DNA from: Alphaproteobacteria bacterium
Lineage (GTDB): Bacteria > Pseudomonadota > Alphaproteobacteria > Bin95
Direction of reading: 5' to 3'
DNA length: 64,000 nt
Assembly: GCA_963665325.3 (NCBI GenBank)
Contig: CAXXWS020000003.1
Coordinates: 608,001-672,000 of the forward strand
Below are positions 1 through 9,300 of this stretch, in pieces. How positions within the stretch are numbered: the stretch's first letter is position 1; each line of letters begins with the position of its first letter. Made by a program: the position numbers and the translations under genes. The notes below the pieces were generated by a model, which had not been told where the DNA came from, searched no databases, and saw nothing but the letters and a program-made list of their open reading frames with translations.

Positions 1-2
1 AT

Positions 3-212
3 GTCCACGGCAAGGAGCTGCTCCGCGTCAAGGGTATCCTGAACCTGGAGGGCGAGGACGGGCCGGTCGTGGTCCACGGCGTGCAGCATATTTTCCAGTC
101 GCCGGTGCGCATGGCCGAGTGGCCGGACGAGGACCGGCGCTCGCGCCTCGTCTTCATCACCCGCGGCCTGCCGCGCGAAACCCTGCTCGCGGGCATCGGT
201 GGCGACGCCTGA
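3..212 (+). CDS. CobW/P47K (COG0523) GTPase, C-terminal part (gene starts before the window)
   Basis: Hand translation from nt 3: HGKELLRVKGILNLEGEDGPVVVHGVQHIF...RRSRLVFITRGL, a typical CobW_C ending; TGA at 210-212. Confidence 0.8.
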   Translation, partial: VHGKELLRVKGILNLEGEDGPVVVHGVQHIFQSPVRMAEWPDEDRRSRLVFITRGLPRETLLAGIGGDA

Positions 213-301
213 ACCGCCGCGCCGGGACTTCGGAGTCGTGCCGGGGGTCGAGCGGGACCTGAACAGCTCGAGCGGCGAGGCCGCACGCTCATAGGGAATC
301 G

Positions 302-1528
302 ATGTCTGTGTCGCCGGACGCTGCTGCGGAAAGAGCTTGCCCGCTGCTCCTGGGCAGCATGGCGCTTGCGGTGTTCCTGACCGTCACGGCGGTGGCGATG
401 CTCGGGCCCCTGCTCGTGGACATGGCCGGGGCGCTCAGCGTCACGGTTCCCCTCGCGGGGCAGCTCGTCACGGCGGCCGCCGCGGTCTGGGCGGTGACGG
501 CCCTGGTGGCGGGGCCGGTCTCCGACGCATACGGACGCAAGCCGGTGGTCCTTATCGGGCTTTGCTTCCTGGCGGCCGGGTCGCTCGGCATCGGGCTGGC
601 TCCGACATTCGCCGCGGCAGTAGGCTTCAGCCTGCTGGTCGGGATCGGCGGCGGCATGGTGCCCCCGACATGCATCGCGCTTGTCGGAGACTTGATCGGG
701 CACGGGCGCCAGCCCCGGTCCATCGCGATCCTGACCATGCAGCCCGGGATGAGCATCCTGCTGGGGGTCCCTCTGGCTGCCGTGCTCGGCGACTTCGCCG
801 GCTGGCGCGTTCCCTTTCTGGCGCTGGGGCTGGTGTTGCTCCTGTCTGCACTGCTGCTCTTCGTGCTCGTGCCACACCGCCGGCCGCCGGCAAGGCGCGC
901 GAGTCTGGCCGGACGGATGATGAGGGTCGCTGCATTTCGGGTCACCTGGTGCATGGCCGGCACGAATGTGCTGGCACGCGGCGCCTGGGGGGCGGTTCTT
1001 ACGTTCCTGCCGCCCTATCTGATCCTGACCTATGGCCTGCGAACTGGAGAGGTCGGGCTGCCCATGGCGGCTGTAGCCCTCTGGATGACCGCGGCGCCGC
1101 TGCTGGCCGGAAGGATAGGCCGCATGCGCAAGCGGCTCGGCGTTACGGCCGCCCTGCTGATGGCTGCTGCCGCACCGGCGCTGGGCATATTCTTCCTGGG
1201 CTGGGGAACCTGGTTCTCGGGGTCGGCGGCGGGCCTCTTCATGTTGCTGGTGGTTCCCGTCACCACCGTTCTCTCGATTTTGATCACCGAGAACGGGGGC
1301 GATTCCCGCGGCGCGCTCGCAGGCGTCATATCCAGCAGCAATTGGGGCGGCACTGCCATAGGCGCGGCGGTAGGAGGCGCGCTGATAGCGCATTTCGGCT
1401 ATGGCGCCCTGTCCTTCCTGCTGGCCGGCGCCGTGCTGGTGAGCGGCCTGCTCATGGCCTTCGTGGTGAACGAAAGGGCCATGGCGAGCCTCCGGGACCG
1501 TTTCTCTCCCCCGCCGGAGGGTGAATAG
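302..1528 (+). CDS. MFS transporter (DHA1-like)
   Basis: 408 aa, about 12 hydrophobic helices, motif A GPVSDAYGRKPV. Confidence 0.85.
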   Translation: MSVSPDAAAERACPLLLGSMALAVFLTVTAVAMLGPLLVDMAGALSVTVPLAGQLVTAAAAVWAVTALVAGPVSDAYGRKPVVLIGLCFLAAGSLGIGLAPTFAAAVGFSLLVGIGGGMVPPTCIALVGDLIGHGRQPRSIAILTMQPGMSILLGVPLAAVLGDFAGWRVPFLALGLVLLLSALLLFVLVPHRRPPARRASLAGRMMRVAAFRVTWCMAGTNVLARGAWGAVLTFLPPYLILTYGLRTGEVGLPMAAVALWMTAAPLLAGRIGRMRKRLGVTAALLMAAAAPALGIFFLGWGTWFSGSAAGLFMLLVVPVTTVLSILITENGGDSRGALAGVISSSNWGGTAIGAAVGGALIAHFGYGALSFLLAGAVLVSGLLMAFVVNERAMASLRDRFSPPPEGE

Positions 1529-1580
1529 GGCTTCCGGGAAGCGCGCGCGAAACCGTATTTGCAGGACTGACCGGCAGCGT

Positions 1581-1609
1581 TTGAAATCCGGGCGGTTTCG
1601 GCGTATAGC
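1581..1609 (+). promoter_or_regulatory. Putative sigma70 promoter of the DAHP synthase-pncB-nadE operon
   Basis: TTGAAA (1581-1586), 17-nt spacer, TATAGC (1604-1609), about 40 nt upstream of ATG 1651. Confidence 0.55.
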
Positions 1610-1650
1610 CGCGCCTTCCCAGCAAGGCGCATAAAGCAAGGAGTAGGCTC

Positions 1651-3030
1651 ATGGGCGAAAATTGGACGCCCCGGACCTGGCGCGGCAAGCCGGCCCGGCA
1701 GATGCCCGTCTATGCCGACGAGGCTGCGCTCGCCGCCGCCGAGAAGAGCCTCGCCACCTGGCCGCCGCTCGTCTTCGCCGGCGAAGCCCGTAACCTCAAG
1801 GCAGACCTCGCCCGTGTAGCCCGGGGCGAAGCCTTTCTTCTCCAGGGCGGCGACTGCGCCGAGAGCTTCGCCGAGTTCCACGCCAACAATATCCGCGACA
1901 CCTTCAAGGTGCTGCTGCAGATGGCGGTGGTGCTGACCTACGGTGCAGCCTGCCCGGTGGTGAAGGTCGGGCGCATGGCCGGCCAGTTCGCCAAGCCGCG
2001 CTCGGCCCCGACCGAGTCCATGGACGGGGTGGAGCTGCCGAGCTACCGGGGCGACATCGTCAACGCCATGGGCTTCGACGGGCCGTCGCGCGAGCCGGAC
2101 CCCCAGCGGATGCTCCAGGCCTACACCCAGGCCTCGGCGACCTTGAACCTGCTCCGCGCCTTCGCCATGGGCGGCTTCGCCGACCTGCACCAGGTGCATC
2201 GCTGGAACCACGACTTCGTGCGCGAAGAACTGGGAGACCGATACCGCGACTTGGCGGACCGGCTCTCCGAAACGCTGGAATTCATCGCGGCCATCGGGCT
2301 CACCTCCGAAACGACGCCGCAGCTTCGCGAGACCTCCTTCTACACCTCGCACGAGGCGCTCTTGCTGCCTTGGGAAGAGGCACTGACCCGCGTGGACAGC
2401 CTGACGGGCGACTGGTACGACTGCTCGGCGCACATGCTCTGGATCGGCGATCGCACGCGCGATCCGGACGAGGCGCATGTCGAGTTCCTGCGCGGCGTCG
2501 GGAACCCTCTCGGCCTGAAATGCGGCCCGTCGCTGACCACCGACCATCTGAAGCGCCTGCTCTGGCAGCTCAACCCGGACAACGAGCCGGGCCGCCTCAC
2601 GCTTATCTGCCGCGTGGGCGCGGGCAATGTCGCGGAGCACCTGCCACGTCTGATTGAGACCGTGCAGGCCGAAGGGGCCGAGGTTGTGTGGTCCTGCGAC
2701 CCGATGCACGGCAATACGGTCAAGGCCACGGGCGGGCTCAAGACGCGGCCCTTCGGCTCCATTGTTTCGGAAGTCAGCGAGTTCTTCGCGGTCCACCGTG
2801 AACACGGCACCTGGCCGGGCGGCGTGCATTTCGAGATGACCGGGCAGGATGTGACCGAGTGCACCGGCGGCATGAGCGCGGTGACGGAGGCGGCCTTGCA
2901 GGACCGCTACCACACTCATTGCGACCCGAGGCTGAATGCCAGCCAGGCCCTGGAGCTCGCCTTTCTGATCGCCGAGCAGCTGAAGGAAGAGCGTACCGGC
3001 CGCGCCGTCCCCGCGATCGCCGCGGAATAA
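1651..3030 (+). CDS. Class II 3-deoxy-7-phosphoheptulonate (DAHP) synthase
   Basis: [38 protein letters not shown] motifs. Confidence 0.95.
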   Translation: MGENWTPRTWRGKPARQMPVYADEAALAAAEKSLATWPPLVFAGEARNLKADLARVARGEAFLLQGGDCAESFAEFHANNIRDTFKVLLQMAVVLTYGAACPVVKVGRMAGQFAKPRSAPTESMDGVELPSYRGDIVNAMGFDGPSREPDPQRMLQAYTQASATLNLLRAFAMGGFADLHQVHRWNHDFVREELGDRYRDLADRLSETLEFIAAIGLTSETTPQLRETSFYTSHEALLLPWEEALTRVDSLTGDWYDCSAHMLWIGDRTRDPDEAHVEFLRGVGNPLGLKCGPSLTTDHLKRLLWQLNPDNEPGRLTLICRVGAGNVAEHLPRLIETVQAEGAEVVWSCDPMHGNTVKATGGLKTRPFGSIVSEVSEFFAVHREHGTWPGGVHFEMTGQDVTECTGGMSAVTEAALQDRYHTHCDPRLNASQALELAFLIAEQLKEERTGRAVPAIAAE

Positions 3031-3033
3031 ACG

Positions 3034-4170
3034 ATGGACGGCACCCTGCCGCACCCGGACGCCGAGGACGTCCCGCACTATACGGACGCCTATTTCTCCA
3101 AGAGCAAGGCGGTCGTTGAGCGGTTCGGCGATGTGCGCGTCACCTATGCGGTGTTCATGCGCCGCCCCGTCGTGTCTGCCGCCCGGCTCACCGTCGACTG
3201 GTTGAAAGCCGTTGCGTCCGCGCGCGGCACGGCCTTCGACCTTGACGAGCGCTATGACGAGGGCGTGTCGGTCGGCGCCGGCGATCCGCTGCTCTATATT
3301 TCCGGGCCGCTGCACCACCTGATCGACCTGGAGACGCTCTACCTCCAGAAACTGGGTTCTGCCTGCGTCGCCGCCTACAACGCGCGGGCGATGTGCATGG
3401 CGCTGCCGGGGGTCGGTTTCCTCGCCATGGACGCGCGCCACTGCGCCGGCACCGACATGGCCGAGATCATGGCCTATGCTGCAAGCGTCGGGTCCGCTGC
3501 CGCCAGGCGGGAGGCGGGGGCAGTCGGCTTCATCGGCAATGCGACCGACGCGACGGCGCATTTCTTCGGCGCCGACCGGGGGCTCGGCACCATGCCGCAC
3601 GGGCTGATCGGCTATGCCGGCTCCACCCTGCGCGCGGCGGAGATGTTCGCCGAGACCTTCCCCGACGAGCCGCTCACCGTCGTCACGGACTATTACGGGG
3701 CCGAGACGTCGGATGCGGTCGCGGTCTGCCAGCGCTTCCCCGAGCGGGCGGCCGAGGGACGGGTCGCCATCCGCCTCGACACCCATGGCGGTCGCTATGC
3801 CGAAGGGCTGGATCTCCAGAAGTCATACGAGGTGCTCGACCGTAATGCGCCGCAGGCCATACGCGACTACCGCACGGAAGGCGAACTGCGCCACCTGGTC
3901 GGAACGGGCGTGACGGCCGCCGCGATTTGGCATCTGCGCGAGACGCTGGATGCCGCCGGCTTCCCGAAGACGAAGATCACCGCGTCCTCCGGCTTCACCG
4001 CCGGCAAGTGCCGCGTCATGGGGCTGGCCAATGCGCCGGTGGATACCATCGGCACGGGCTCCTACCTTCCCGACCAGTGGTCGGAGACCTACGCCACGGC
4101 CGATATCGTCGAGTATGACGGCAAGCCGAGCGTCAAGGTCGGCCGCGAATTCCTGCTGAGGCGCCGGTGA
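3034..4170 (+). CDS. pncB: Nicotinate phosphoribosyltransferase-like protein
   Basis: YTDAYF, GTMPH, IRLDTHG motifs; translationally coupled to nadE. Confidence 0.8.
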   Translation: MDGTLPHPDAEDVPHYTDAYFSKSKAVVERFGDVRVTYAVFMRRPVVSAARLTVDWLKAVASARGTAFDLDERYDEGVSVGAGDPLLYISGPLHHLIDLETLYLQKLGSACVAAYNARAMCMALPGVGFLAMDARHCAGTDMAEIMAYAASVGSAAARREAGAVGFIGNATDATAHFFGADRGLGTMPHGLIGYAGSTLRAAEMFAETFPDEPLTVVTDYYGAETSDAVAVCQRFPERAAEGRVAIRLDTHGGRYAEGLDLQKSYEVLDRNAPQAIRDYRTEGELRHLVGTGVTAAAIWHLRETLDAAGFPKTKITASSGFTAGKCRVMGLANAPVDTIGTGSYLPDQWSETYATADIVEYDGKPSVKVGREFLLRRR

Positions 4171-5822
4171 CCGACCGGCTCGCAATTGCCATCGCCCAGA
4201 TCAATCCGACCGTGGGCGATGTCGCCGGCAATGCGGACCGCATCCGGCATGCGCGCGCCGAGGCCGGCAGCGCCGACCTCGTGGTCTTCCCGGAACTGGT
4301 GCTGTCCGGCTACCCGCCGGAGGATCTGGTGCTGAAACCTGCCTTCCAGGATGGCTGCCGTGACGCTTGCGAGGCGCTGGCGAAAGAGACTGCCGATGGC
4401 GGGCCGGCCCTGCTGGTTGGCCTGCCCTGGCGGGAGAACGGGCGGCTCTACAATGCCGTCGCGCTACTCGACGGCGGCGAGGTCGCGGCCGTCCGCCACA
4501 AGGCGCTGCTGCCGAATTACGGCGTATTCGACGAGAAGCGCGTGTTCGACGCGGGCGAGATGCCGGGGCCGGTCTCCTTCCGCGATGTGCGCATCGGTGT
4601 GCCGATTTGCGAAGACATCTGGCAGCCCTCGGTGGTTGAGTGCCTGGAGGAGAACGGCGCCGAAATGCTGCTGGTGCCGAACGGCTCGCCCTTCGAGGCG
4701 ACCAAGGACGATGTCCGGCTGAATATCGCCGTCGAACGCGTGGTGGAGAGCGGCCTGCCGCTTGCCTACGTCAACCAGGTGGGCGGCCAGGACGAGCTGG
4801 TGTTCGACGGCGCCTCCTTCGTGCTCGGGCGCGACCGGGCGCTTAGGGCGCAGCTGCCTTCATGGGTCGAGAGCGTGGCGCTCACCCGCTGGGAACGCGG
4901 CGCGGACGGCATGGAATGCGTCGGCGGCCCGATGGCGGAGGGCGGGGACGACCTCGCCGACATCTATGCCGCGATGATGCTGGGGCTCCGCGACTATGTG
5001 AACAAGAACCGCTTTCCGGGCGTTGTGCTGGGCCTTTCCGGCGGCATCGACTCGGCGCTCTCGGCGGCGGTGGCGGTGGATGCGCTGGGCGCGGATCGGG
5101 TGCGCTGCGTGATGATGCCCTCGCCCTACACCTCGCAGGCCTCGCTGGACGATGCGCTGGAGGCGGTCACGGCGCTTGGCGCCTCCTACGAGACGATCTC
5201 GATCGAACCGGCGATGGGTGCATTCGGCGCCATGCTGGCCGGCGCCTTCGGCAATCGCGGCGAGGACACGACGGAGGAGAACATCCAGGCCCGCGCGCGC
5301 GGCCTTACCCTGATGGCGCTCTCCAACAAGTTCGGCCACATGGTGCTCTCGACAGGCAACAAGTCGGAAATGTCGGTCGGCTACGCGACCCTCTACGGGG
5401 ACATGTGCGGCGGCTACAACGTGCTGAAGGACGTGTACAAGACGACCGTCTTCGCGCTCTCCGAGTGGCGCAACCGCAACCGCCCCGAAGGCGCGCTGGG
5501 GCCGGCCGGCCGCGTGGTGCCGCAGAACATCATCGACAAGCCGCCCTCCGCGGAACTCCGCCCCGACCAGACCGACCAGGACAGCCTGCCGCCCTACGAC
5601 GCGCTCGACGACATTCTGGAATGCCTGATCGAGGACGAGCTTTCAGTGGCCGAGATCGCCGCGCGCGGGCATGCGGTCGAGACCGTGGAGCGAGTCTGGC
5701 GGATGCTCGACATCGCGGAATACAAGCGCCGCCAGGCGCCGCCCGGCGTCAAGCTTACCCGCCGCGCCTTCGGCCGCGACCGCCGCTATCCCATCGTCAA
5801 CGGCTATCGGGGCCGGGTGTAG
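4167..5822 (+). CDS. nadE: Glutamine-dependent NAD+ synthetase
   Basis: N-terminal nitrilase domain (FPEL, ICEDIW) plus LGLSGGIDSA, STGNKSE, PPSAEL. Confidence 0.95.
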   Translation: MTDRLAIAIAQINPTVGDVAGNADRIRHARAEAGSADLVVFPELVLSGYPPEDLVLKPAFQDGCRDACEALAKETADGGPALLVGLPWRENGRLYNAVALLDGGEVAAVRHKALLPNYGVFDEKRVFDAGEMPGPVSFRDVRIGVPICEDIWQPSVVECLEENGAEMLLVPNGSPFEATKDDVRLNIAVERVVESGLPLAYVNQVGGQDELVFDGASFVLGRDRALRAQLPSWVESVALTRWERGADGMECVGGPMAEGGDDLADIYAAMMLGLRDYVNKNRFPGVVLGLSGGIDSALSAAVAVDALGADRVRCVMMPSPYTSQASLDDALEAVTALGASYETISIEPAMGAFGAMLAGAFGNRGEDTTEENIQARARGLTLMALSNKFGHMVLSTGNKSEMSVGYATLYGDMCGGYNVLKDVYKTTVFALSEWRNRNRPEGALGPAGRVVPQNIIDKPPSAELRPDQTDQDSLPPYDALDDILECLIEDELSVAEIAARGHAVETVERVWRMLDIAEYKRRQAPPGVKLTRRAFGRDRRYPIVNGYRGRV

Positions 5823-5870
5823 GCGCGGGGCCCCGCCCCCGCCGGGGCCCGGCTCAGCATTCCACCACAG

Positions 5871-6110
5871 CCGCGCCCGGGAAAAAGGCTCCCTGACCGT
5901 CATCCCCTATCGGAAGAACACGCAAGAGCAGGCCAAAGTGGTTCGCAAGGGCCCTCTACCGGGCGGCGGACCTGCGTCGGACAGGCCGTCGGCAAGCTCA
6001 AACGCTTCAAGCGCATTGCACTGCGCTGCGAAAAAACTCTCACAAACTTCAGTGCCATCGTCGCTCTCGCGGCCGCCTTCATTTTGATCAAATCCGTCCA
6101 CAGGACCTGA
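5871..6110 (+). pseudogene. IS5-family transposase 3' remnant, frameshifted, with right end
   Basis: VIPYRKN... then, after a frame change, QAVGKLKRFKRIALRCEKTLTNFSAIVALAAAFILIKSVHRT*, a typical IS5 DDE C-terminus; ends GTCCACAGGACCTGA; no N-terminal part present. Confidence 0.8.
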
Positions 6111-6205
6111 TCTTTAAGGCTTCGTTTAATTCAGAGACGTTCGGAGTTTTGTGGCACGTTGACATCCTTCCCGTCCTGCACGATGGGGCATGCCGCGCAA
6201 TCCGG

Positions 6206-6592
6206 TCACCACAGACGAATGACGCCGAAGCCGTCGAATACGGAATCGACCGAGACGATCGGGACGTCGCGCGCCAGAGCCTGTGCGGCAAGCATCCGGT
6301 CGAACGGGTCGCGATGAGAACCGGGCAGGCGCCCGGCGCGCTCGGCGTCTGCAACGCCGAGCGCCAACTCTTCGAACCCCTGTCCGGCAATGTGAGATGC
6401 GACATCGAGCGCCACGGCCTCGCACCCCGGCAGTTTGCCGATCCGGAACTTGGTGGCGATTTCCCAGGCGGACGCTGCGCTGACCGTGATGTCATTCGAC
6501 TCATCCGCGATCGCGCCGCGCGCCGGTTCCGAAAGACGCGCGCTGTCCGCGAGCCACCAGAGAAAGGCATGGGTGTCCAGAAGCACCTGCAC
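6206..6592 (-). CDS. vapC: PIN-domain (VapC) toxin
   Basis: GTG start 2 nt after antitoxin stop; LLDTHAFLWW, SAASAWEIATK, HRDPFDRML motifs. Confidence 0.9.
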   Translation of the reverse strand: MQVLLDTHAFLWWLADSARLSEPARGAIADESNDITVSAASAWEIATKFRIGKLPGCEAVALDVASHIAGQGFEELALGVADAERAGRLPGSHRDPFDRMLAAQALARDVPIVSVDSVFDGFGVIRLW

Positions 6593-6594
6593 CG

Positions 6595-6828
6595 CTATCC
6601 GGATTCCCATGCCGCCAGCTCTTTCTCCGGCAGCGGATCGAAGAAGGCATCGGGAACGACCAGCTTCCCCTTGAGGATGTCGGGCTGCCGCTTCACTCGG
6701 GCCTTGCAGGCGACGAGACGCGCGACGGGTTCGCCGCGACGCGCGATCACCACGTCCTCGCCGGCCTCGACCCACGCCAACAACCGGGAAAGCTCGGTTT
6801 TCGCCTGATGAACATTGACGACGCGCAT
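6595..6828 (-). CDS. Phd/YefM-family antitoxin
   Basis: VNVHQAKTELSRLL...GEDVVIARRGEPVARLV, 77 aa, directly upstream of PIN toxin. Confidence 0.9.
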   Translation of the reverse strand: MRVVNVHQAKTELSRLLAWVEAGEDVVIARRGEPVARLVACKARVKRQPDILKGKLVVPDAFFDPLPEKELAAWESG

Positions 6829-6851
6829 CGACTTTCACCGCCCTTCAGCAT

Positions 6852-6890
6852 ATCTAGCTAACATTATGGCTAGATTTTCGTCCGCGTCAA
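6852..6890 (-). promoter_or_regulatory. TA promoter with overlapping operator palindrome
   Basis: Minus strand TTGACG (6890-6885), 16 nt, CATAAT (6868-6863); inverted repeat ATCTAGC (6852-6858)/GCTAGAT (6869-6875) brackets the -10. Confidence 0.65.
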
Positions 6891-7056
6891 CATGGCTGTG
6901 CCACTAAACTCCGAACGACTCTGTTTAATTCGGCGAATAGTCTGTCGCCCGCTTTGTCTTTCTTGCGTCCGGATATCTACAAAGTCGAAGTATTGAAGAG
7001 TGCGCAGGCTGGTCGGCTCTCGGCCGCGGGTCAATCGAAACGCGGCTGCCATTGCA

Positions 7057-8646
7057 TCACTCGATCCGGAAGCCTTCATAGCCGGCGGCGGCCACGGCGT
7101 CGCACTTCTCGATATAGGCGGGGAGGCCGCCGATATAGGGCATGAAGACGCGCGGCTTGCCGGGCACGTTGGCGCCGATATACCAGCTCGAACAGGTGGA
7201 GCGCAGCGAGAGCGAGGCGGTCTCGCTGGCATGTTCCACCCAGGCGTCCTGGGCCTCCGGTTCCGCCTCCATCCGCCGGGCGCCCCGCTCATTCATTGCG
7301 GCAAGGCAGTCGGCGATCCAGTCCACATGCTGCTCGATCGAGGGCAGCATGTTGGTCAGCACCGAGGGGCTGCCGGGGCCGGTGACGGTAAACAGGTTGG
7401 GGAAGCCGGCGACCGTGAGGCCGAGATAGGTGCGCGGCCCCTCTTCCCAGGCGTCGCGCAGCCGGCGCCCGCCCGCGCCGCGAATGTCGATGCGCTCCAG
7501 CGCGCCCGTCATGGCGTCGAAGCCGGTGGCGAACACGATGGCGTCCGCCGGCCACTCCCGCCCGTGCGCGCGCACGCCGCCCGGCGCGATCGCCTCTATG
7601 GGACGTTCCGAGACGTCCACCAGCTCGACATTCGGCCGGTTGAAGGTTGCGTAATAGCCGGTATCCACGCAGAGCCGCTTGCAGCCGATGATGTTGGTCG
7701 GCGCGAGCAGCCGGGCGGTCTCCGGGTCGTCCACGATGTCCGCGATCTTGGCGCGCACGAAATCGGCCGCCGTGCGGTTAGCCTCCTCCTTGAACAGGAG
7801 GTCGGCGAAGCAGCCGAGGAAGGACAGCCCGCCATGCGCCCAGCGCCGCTCGAATTCGGCTTTGCGCTCTTCTTCCGGGGTCCTGAGCGCGTGCAGGGGC
7901 CGGTAGTCGAGGTCGATCCCGGACGGCATCGAACGCGCGCGGGCGCGGAGCTCCGGATAGTCCGCCTTCACCGCCGCCACGAAGTCCGGCGGGAGCGGGC
8001 GGTTATGCGCCGGGATGGAATAATTGGCCGTGCGCTGGAACACGGTCAGATGGCTGGCCTCGCGGGCCAGGATGGGGATCGACTGGATCGCGGAGGAGCC
8101 GGTGCCGATCACCGCCACGCGCTTGCCGGCGAGGTCGACGCCCTCATGCGGCCAATGGCCGGTGTGGTAGGTGGGTCCCGCGAAGCTGTCGCGGCCCTCG
8201 AAATTGGGCAGGTTGGCGGCCGAGAGGCAACCGAGCGCCATGACGCACCAGCGCGCCCGGAAGCACGTGCCCGCCTCGGTCTCCAGCTCCCAGCGGGCAT
8301 CCGACTCGTCGAAGGCGGCCGTCACGACCCTCGTGTCGAAGCGGATGTCGCGCCTCAGGTCGAAGCGGTCGGCCACATGGTTGGCGTATGCCAGGATTTC
8401 CGGCTGCGCGGCGTAGCGCTCGGTCCAGGTCCACTCCTGCTGCAGGACCGCATCGAACTGGTAAGAATATTGGACGCTCTCCACGTCGCAGCGCGCACCG
8501 GGATAGCGGTTCCAGTACCAGGTGCCGCCGACATCGCCGCCGGCCTCCAGCACGACCGCCCGCATGCCGAGCCCGCGCAGCCGGTGCAGCATGTACATGC
8601 CGGCCAAGCCCGCGCCGACCACGATGGCGTCGAATTCCTCCGCCAA
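7057..8646 (-). CDS. Type I Baeyer-Villiger monooxygenase (cyclohexanone/phenylacetone monooxygenase family)
   Basis: GAGLAG, GGTWYWNRYPGARCD, fingerprint FAGPTYHTGHWP, GTGSSA; probable TTG start at 8646 after a G-rich RBS. Confidence 0.9.
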   Translation of the reverse strand: MAEEFDAIVVGAGLAGMYMLHRLRGLGMRAVVLEAGGDVGGTWYWNRYPGARCDVESVQYSYQFDAVLQQEWTWTERYAAQPEILAYANHVADRFDLRRDIRFDTRVVTAAFDESDARWELETEAGTCFRARWCVMALGCLSAANLPNFEGRDSFAGPTYHTGHWPHEGVDLAGKRVAVIGTGSSAIQSIPILAREASHLTVFQRTANYSIPAHNRPLPPDFVAAVKADYPELRARARSMPSGIDLDYRPLHALRTPEEERKAEFERRWAHGGLSFLGCFADLLFKEEANRTAADFVRAKIADIVDDPETARLLAPTNIIGCKRLCVDTGYYATFNRPNVELVDVSERPIEAIAPGGVRAHGREWPADAIVFATGFDAMTGALERIDIRGAGGRRLRDAWEEGPRTYLGLTVAGFPNLFTVTGPGSPSVLTNMLPSIEQHVDWIADCLAAMNERGARRMEAEPEAQDAWVEHASETASLSLRSTCSSWYIGANVPGKPRVFMPYIGGLPAYIEKCDAVAAAGYEGFRIE

Positions 8647-8672
8647 ATCCCCGTTCCCCCTCGCTCCCGGCC

Positions 8673-9278
8673 TCAGGCGTCCGCCGTCCACAGGCACCAG
8701 ACGGCGAGCAGCGGCGTTTCGCCCGTGCGCATGGCGTGCCAGGCATAGGGCGGGTTGTGCTGGATGCTGCCCGCCGGCCGTGGTCGCCAGCCCAGGTCCT
8801 CGCGCCACCAGTCGCCGGGCGCGAGCACGAAATAGAGCTCCTCCGGCGGGTGGTTGTGCTTCACATAGTCGGTGTGCGGGGCGACGAGGCTGACGCCGAT
8901 TCGCACGTCCTCGCGCCGTTCCAGCCCGTCGGCGCCCGCCACCACAGCGTTGGCATGGGCGTCCCGAAAGGCGGGATCGCCGTCCTCGCTGCCGAGCCTG
9001 GGACCCCAGGCAAGCCGGGGTTCCATCGCCCGGAGGGCGCCCGCCACATGCTGCACCGGCTCCGGCCCCCGCGCGGCGAGCGCGAAAGCCTCGTCCAGCG
9101 CATCGGCGGGGGTTGGACGCTTCGGGCGCACCCCTTCGGGAGGCGGCCTGCCCGGCGTATCCAGCGCGCCGAATATGCGCTCCGCGAGCGCAGCTTCCGA
9201 ACCGCCCGGCGGCGCGGCCTCGCGCACGGCGCGGCCGAGCGCACGGACGAAATGGTCGAGATCGGCTGCCCTGATCAT
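8673..9278 (-). CDS. DMSP lyase family cupin (DddL/DddQ-like)
   Basis: HANAVVAG..GLE.R.DVRIGVSL, HNHPPEELYFVL, HNPPYAWHAMRTGETPLLAVWCLW; ATG at 9278 after GAGGGG. Confidence 0.75.
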   Translation of the reverse strand: MIRAADLDHFVRALGRAVREAAPPGGSEAALAERIFGALDTPGRPPPEGVRPKRPTPADALDEAFALAARGPEPVQHVAGALRAMEPRLAWGPRLGSEDGDPAFRDAHANAVVAGADGLERREDVRIGVSLVAPHTDYVKHNHPPEELYFVLAPGDWWREDLGWRPRPAGSIQHNPPYAWHAMRTGETPLLAVWCLWTADA

Positions 9279-9300
9279 CGCCGAAACATCCCCCTCGCCG

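Larger units (their letters stand above)
6132..6923. mobile_element. Non-autonomous TIR-bounded cassette (MITE/mobile insertion cassette) carrying a toxin-antitoxin operon
   Basis: Left end CAGAGACGTTCGGAGTTTTGTGGCAC (6132-6157) and reverse complement of right end CAGAGTCGTTCGGAGTTTAGTGGCAC (6898-6923) match 24/26; TTTAATT directly flanks both sides (6125-6131, 6924-6930); no transposase inside. Confidence 0.85.

Noticed and set aside
1399-3786. Very long opposite-strand ORFs (also 8872-11868, 25846-28305, 31588-34356, 45791-47638)
   Set aside because: Antisense shadows of well-supported genes; expected in high-GC DNA with few stops, and no motifs
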